Program-made: the position numbers and the translations under genes | IMG/VR virus record: IMGVR_UViG_3300028364_000014 | Coordinates: 62,001-126,000 of that record | DNA: 64,000 nt | Strand: one strand, 5' to 3' | The notes under the pieces: model-generated | What the model saw: the letters and a program-made list of their open reading frames with translations, nothing else | The model's database searches: none | Told to the model about the DNA's origin: nothing | Part shown: positions 61,194 to 64,000 of the stretch, in pieces | Position numbering within the stretch: position 1 is the stretch's first letter | Layout: each line of letters starts with the position of its first letter

Positions 61194-62844
61194 AGACTGT
61201 CTTAACGCCGCAGATGTTGCTTATTGGCGAAGGTCTTTACCCAGACTACTAAAAGTTGGTTTGGAATTTGAATTTAATCTACCAGACAAAGATAACGGTA
61301 CTTGTAAAGGTAAAAGTTTTACTTGTCCTTGTGTAAGTTTTGGTAAAGAAGAACTAACTTGTTGGCAAAAATGTTTGAGAGAGAAAACATGTAGCGCAGA
61401 CAAAAATACTACAAAGTGTAAAAATTTTGATTCTTCTGTATGCACCGATGAAATGTGTGCTGCTTGTGATAAGTATGATTTTCTATGTTCTACATATAGT
61501 TGTTCAAATTACGTATCAGCGTGTAGTACATGTACTGATTTTAAAATGAATTGTAACGATTGCCAGTACCGATTTGATCCAAATAAAAACCCTGAAGCAA
61601 TTAGATCCGCGTGCATTAATGAATTTAATCCTAGTGGAACTTATGGTAAAATTGCAAAATCAGGAGTACATAAAGTTGTAACAGACGGATCTTTGTTAGG
61701 TGGAAAAGGAATGGAAGTTATAACTACTGGAAGAAGAGTAGACTATTGGGAATTTTTCAAGATGTCTGATAAAATTATTAATAATGCTGTTGCTCGTGGT
61801 GCTTATGTAAATGAAAGATGTAGTATTCATATGCATGGATTAGCATCTTATTATGGGCAAGTCAAAGGATTGGACCCTTCTTCTAATTCAAAAATTGATG
61901 AACTAGAAAGATCTGTTCCTGAAATTGTATTGGCTAATTTCCATCAATTGATTAGACGTTACCAAAACGCCATGACTTGGATGTCGGTTGGTTTAGATGA
62001 CCCAGCACATATTACTAGATGGGAAAAATTTAGAATGTCTGTTCTTGATGTCCCGGCTGTAACAGAACATATGAGAAAAGTTAAAGATGCTATTGTTCAA
62101 AAAAGTGGTGGAACCAAGTATGGGCTAGCTAATTATAAATTTTGTGGATTTGACAGTAGTGGACAAGTTAATAGACTACATGTTGAATTACGAGTAATGG
62201 ATGGGTTATTGTCTCCAAGTGCTGTAGCCGCTTTTTCATGTCTATATTATGCACTATTCATAAAAGCTGTGGAATTATCTAGGTATGGTGTAATGGATGC
62301 AGGTAACGAGGCTTGGCTAAAACAATCTACTATTATCAAGAATGCAATAATGAATGGTGCGTCTTCTTGGGATGAAGCGCGGGATACAGGAAGGTTTAGT
62401 GATACTTCCGAATTACATAAATACACAGATATTTTAGTAGCTGAATCGTACGAGATGATTTCAATGCTTAAGCACATACTAAGTTCGATTGGTCCAGCTT
62501 ATGAGGTTCTTGAAAAATTGGCAGAGGCTCCTTGTGGTATTAGAAGATGTGAAGGCAAATCTTGGGAGGATATTGAAAAAGATCTTGCTGTGGAGCTTAC
62601 TGAAGAAGGAGCTACTGAGTATGAGATACAAAAAATTATTGCTACACGCGCAGTTATAAAATCCGCATCTCTTGAAGAGTGGACAAAATGTGTAGCTAAG
62701 CTTCTTAAAGAAAAAAATGAGTTAGAAATTTCAAAGGAATCTGAAGAAGAAATAGCTGATAGAGTCGCTATACATATTGAAGATAGTTATGCTAATGGAA
62801 ATATGTTGTGGGCTGATAAAATTGGTTCAGTTATAGCAGTTTAA
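61156..62844 (+). CDS. putative amidoligase with Cys-rich insertion
   Basis: VGLEFEF, TDGSL...GMEV, CSIHMH, VELR. Confidence 0.8.
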   Translation: MNNDITFTKHPIRDCLNAADVAYWRRSLPRLLKVGLEFEFNLPDKDNGTCKGKSFTCPCVSFGKEELTCWQKCLREKTCSADKNTTKCKNFDSSVCTDEMCAACDKYDFLCSTYSCSNYVSACSTCTDFKMNCNDCQYRFDPNKNPEAIRSACINEFNPSGTYGKIAKSGVHKVVTDGSLLGGKGMEVITTGRRVDYWEFFKMSDKIINNAVARGAYVNERCSIHMHGLASYYGQVKGLDPSSNSKIDELERSVPEIVLANFHQLIRRYQNAMTWMSVGLDDPAHITRWEKFRMSVLDVPAVTEHMRKVKDAIVQKSGGTKYGLANYKFCGFDSSGQVNRLHVELRVMDGLLSPSAVAAFSCLYYALFIKAVELSRYGVMDAGNEAWLKQSTIIKNAIMNGASSWDEARDTGRFSDTSELHKYTDILVAESYEMISMLKHILSSIGPAYEVLEKLAEAPCGIRRCEGKSWEDIEKDLAVELTEEGATEYEIQKIIATRAVIKSASLEEWTKCVAKLLKEKNELEISKESEEEIADRVAIHIEDSYANGNMLWADKIGSVIAV

Positions 62845-62864
62845 ATAATAAATAAAGGAATTAT

Positions 62865-63719
62865 ATGTGTTCAATATTTGGAATGGGGTTTTTCAAGAAA
62901 GATAGGATAAACTCCTTTTTACTAAGAAATGCACTAAAGTCATTAACTTTGAATGCTCAAGCTCGTGGTAGAGATGCGACTGGCTTAGCATTCACTACTA
63001 AAACATCAACTGATGTTTTTAAACATAATGTGTCAGCTAAAAAATTCATTGAATTGGAAAATTATCGCGAAGTAGTACGAAAACATACCAAAGATAACAT
63101 ACCCCTTTATTCAATTCTTGGGCACTGCAGAGCTAAGACTTTAGGTACACAATTAAACCCTCTTAATAATCACCCGATCACTACCAATAATATAGTTGGT
63201 GTACATAACGGTGTAATAAGTAACCATGATGGTGTATTTACTACATTAGAAGCAACAGCAGCTAATTATGATGTCAAAAGAGCTGGGCAAGTAGATAGTG
63301 AGGCTATTTTTAGAGCCATTGACCTTTATGCTCATCAGTATAAAAACCCTACTGACTCAGCAGGAAAAGTATTACTTGGGCATATTGCTAATCCGGTAAC
63401 TAAAGCCATACAGTCCGCAACTAGACTACTGAATGGATCGTTTACTTGTGCTATAGTAGATATCGAAAATCCAGAGTGTTTATGGGTATTTAAGCACTCT
63501 AACCCAGTTACTATTTATTTGTATAAAAAAGAAGGATTTTTAGTATTTGCTTCTCTTGAAAATTTTTTAGAAGCTTCTTTAGGGTCTATAGGCTTATCAG
63601 TACCAGAAAAAATAGAACTTACTAATGATACTGGGATTTGTTTTAATTTAATGAAAGGGGTATTTAGTAAATTTAATTTAGCAGAAAGTAGTAATGACTC
63701 AAAAGTCTTAAGTAAATAA
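62865..63719 (+). CDS. class II (Ntn) glutamine amidotransferase
   Basis: N-terminal MC, RGRDATG, GHCRAKT, NNHP, HNG, DSE. Confidence 0.9.
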   Translation: MCSIFGMGFFKKDRINSFLLRNALKSLTLNAQARGRDATGLAFTTKTSTDVFKHNVSAKKFIELENYREVVRKHTKDNIPLYSILGHCRAKTLGTQLNPLNNHPITTNNIVGVHNGVISNHDGVFTTLEATAANYDVKRAGQVDSEAIFRAIDLYAHQYKNPTDSAGKVLLGHIANPVTKAIQSATRLLNGSFTCAIVDIENPECLWVFKHSNPVTIYLYKKEGFLVFASLENFLEASLGSIGLSVPEKIELTNDTGICFNLMKGVFSKFNLAESSNDSKVLSK

Positions 63720-63751
63720 ATAAACACTTTGGGTTATTAGGGAGTATTAAA

Positions 63752-64000
63752 ATGGAAATTAATAGATTATTAGGTATTAACGAGTCTTTAGTTGAGGTAT
63801 TCACAGCAGTAGAGTCTGGCATTGTAATTGATGATTTAGGTACTGGAATTCGAACCGGAACTCCTTGTTTAATTCTAACAACTGGCTCAGATAAAGATGG
63901 TGGGGAGATAAAGTCTTTAGGTAATAAAGCTGCGTTGTTTATAGGACCGCATTGTCCAGGGGCTCCTCCAAGGCATATATTTGATATCAATCCAGGCTGC
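63752..64000 (+). CDS. hypothetical protein, truncated by window end
   Basis: RBS gggag then ATG GAA ATT, open to the edge. Confidence 0.55.
   Translation, partial: MEINRLLGINESLVEVFTAVESGIVIDDLGTGIRTGTPCLILTTGSDKDGGEIKSLGNKAALFIGPHCPGAPPRHIFDINPGC

Noticed and set aside
692-63990. Most short minus-strand and nested ORFs in the track (e.g. 692..1015, 1897..2337, 8274..8864, 63673..63990)
   Set aside because: They shadow better-supported + strand genes and lack RBS or motifs
1-64000. Stop-codon reassignment
   Set aside because: Long conserved genes are intact in the standard code and TAA, TAG and TGA all end genes at sensible positions
1-64000. tRNA genes
   Set aside because: No cloverleaf with a GTTCRA T-loop found by eye in intergenic DNA; tRNAscan-SE would be needed to be sure

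Overview
Part of a large, AT-rich phage genome with nearly all genes on the + strand, AAGGAG-type RBSs and no rRNA, tRNA or CRISPR array seen. Layout: (1) 1-8.9 kb, a higher-GC early-type region where genes are preceded by a repeated hairpin+RBS module and GGAG-rich repeats, ending in an SSB; (2) 8.9-11.6 kb, largely non-coding and repeat-rich (origin or terminus candidate); (3) 11.6-39 kb, accessory region with PnuC+NadR, RNA repair genes (Rnl2-type ligase, RtcB split by a 261-nt group I intron, Ro60/TROVE, metallophosphoesterase), macro domain, deformylase, and an IscB/omegaRNA element that interrupts a gene; (4) 39-64 kb, a phiEco32-like amidoligase/GATase cluster, lytic transglycosylase, two related HNH endonucleases, a single-chain two-barrel RNA polymerase carrying both beta-like and beta'-like catalytic motifs, and an intein-containing SF2 helicase. 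Most striking unexplained signal: 11 small proteins from several unrelated families share a C-terminal [C/Y]-x-[S/T/N]-I-W tag conserved at protein level. All functional calls are from motif recognition by eye, not database searches.
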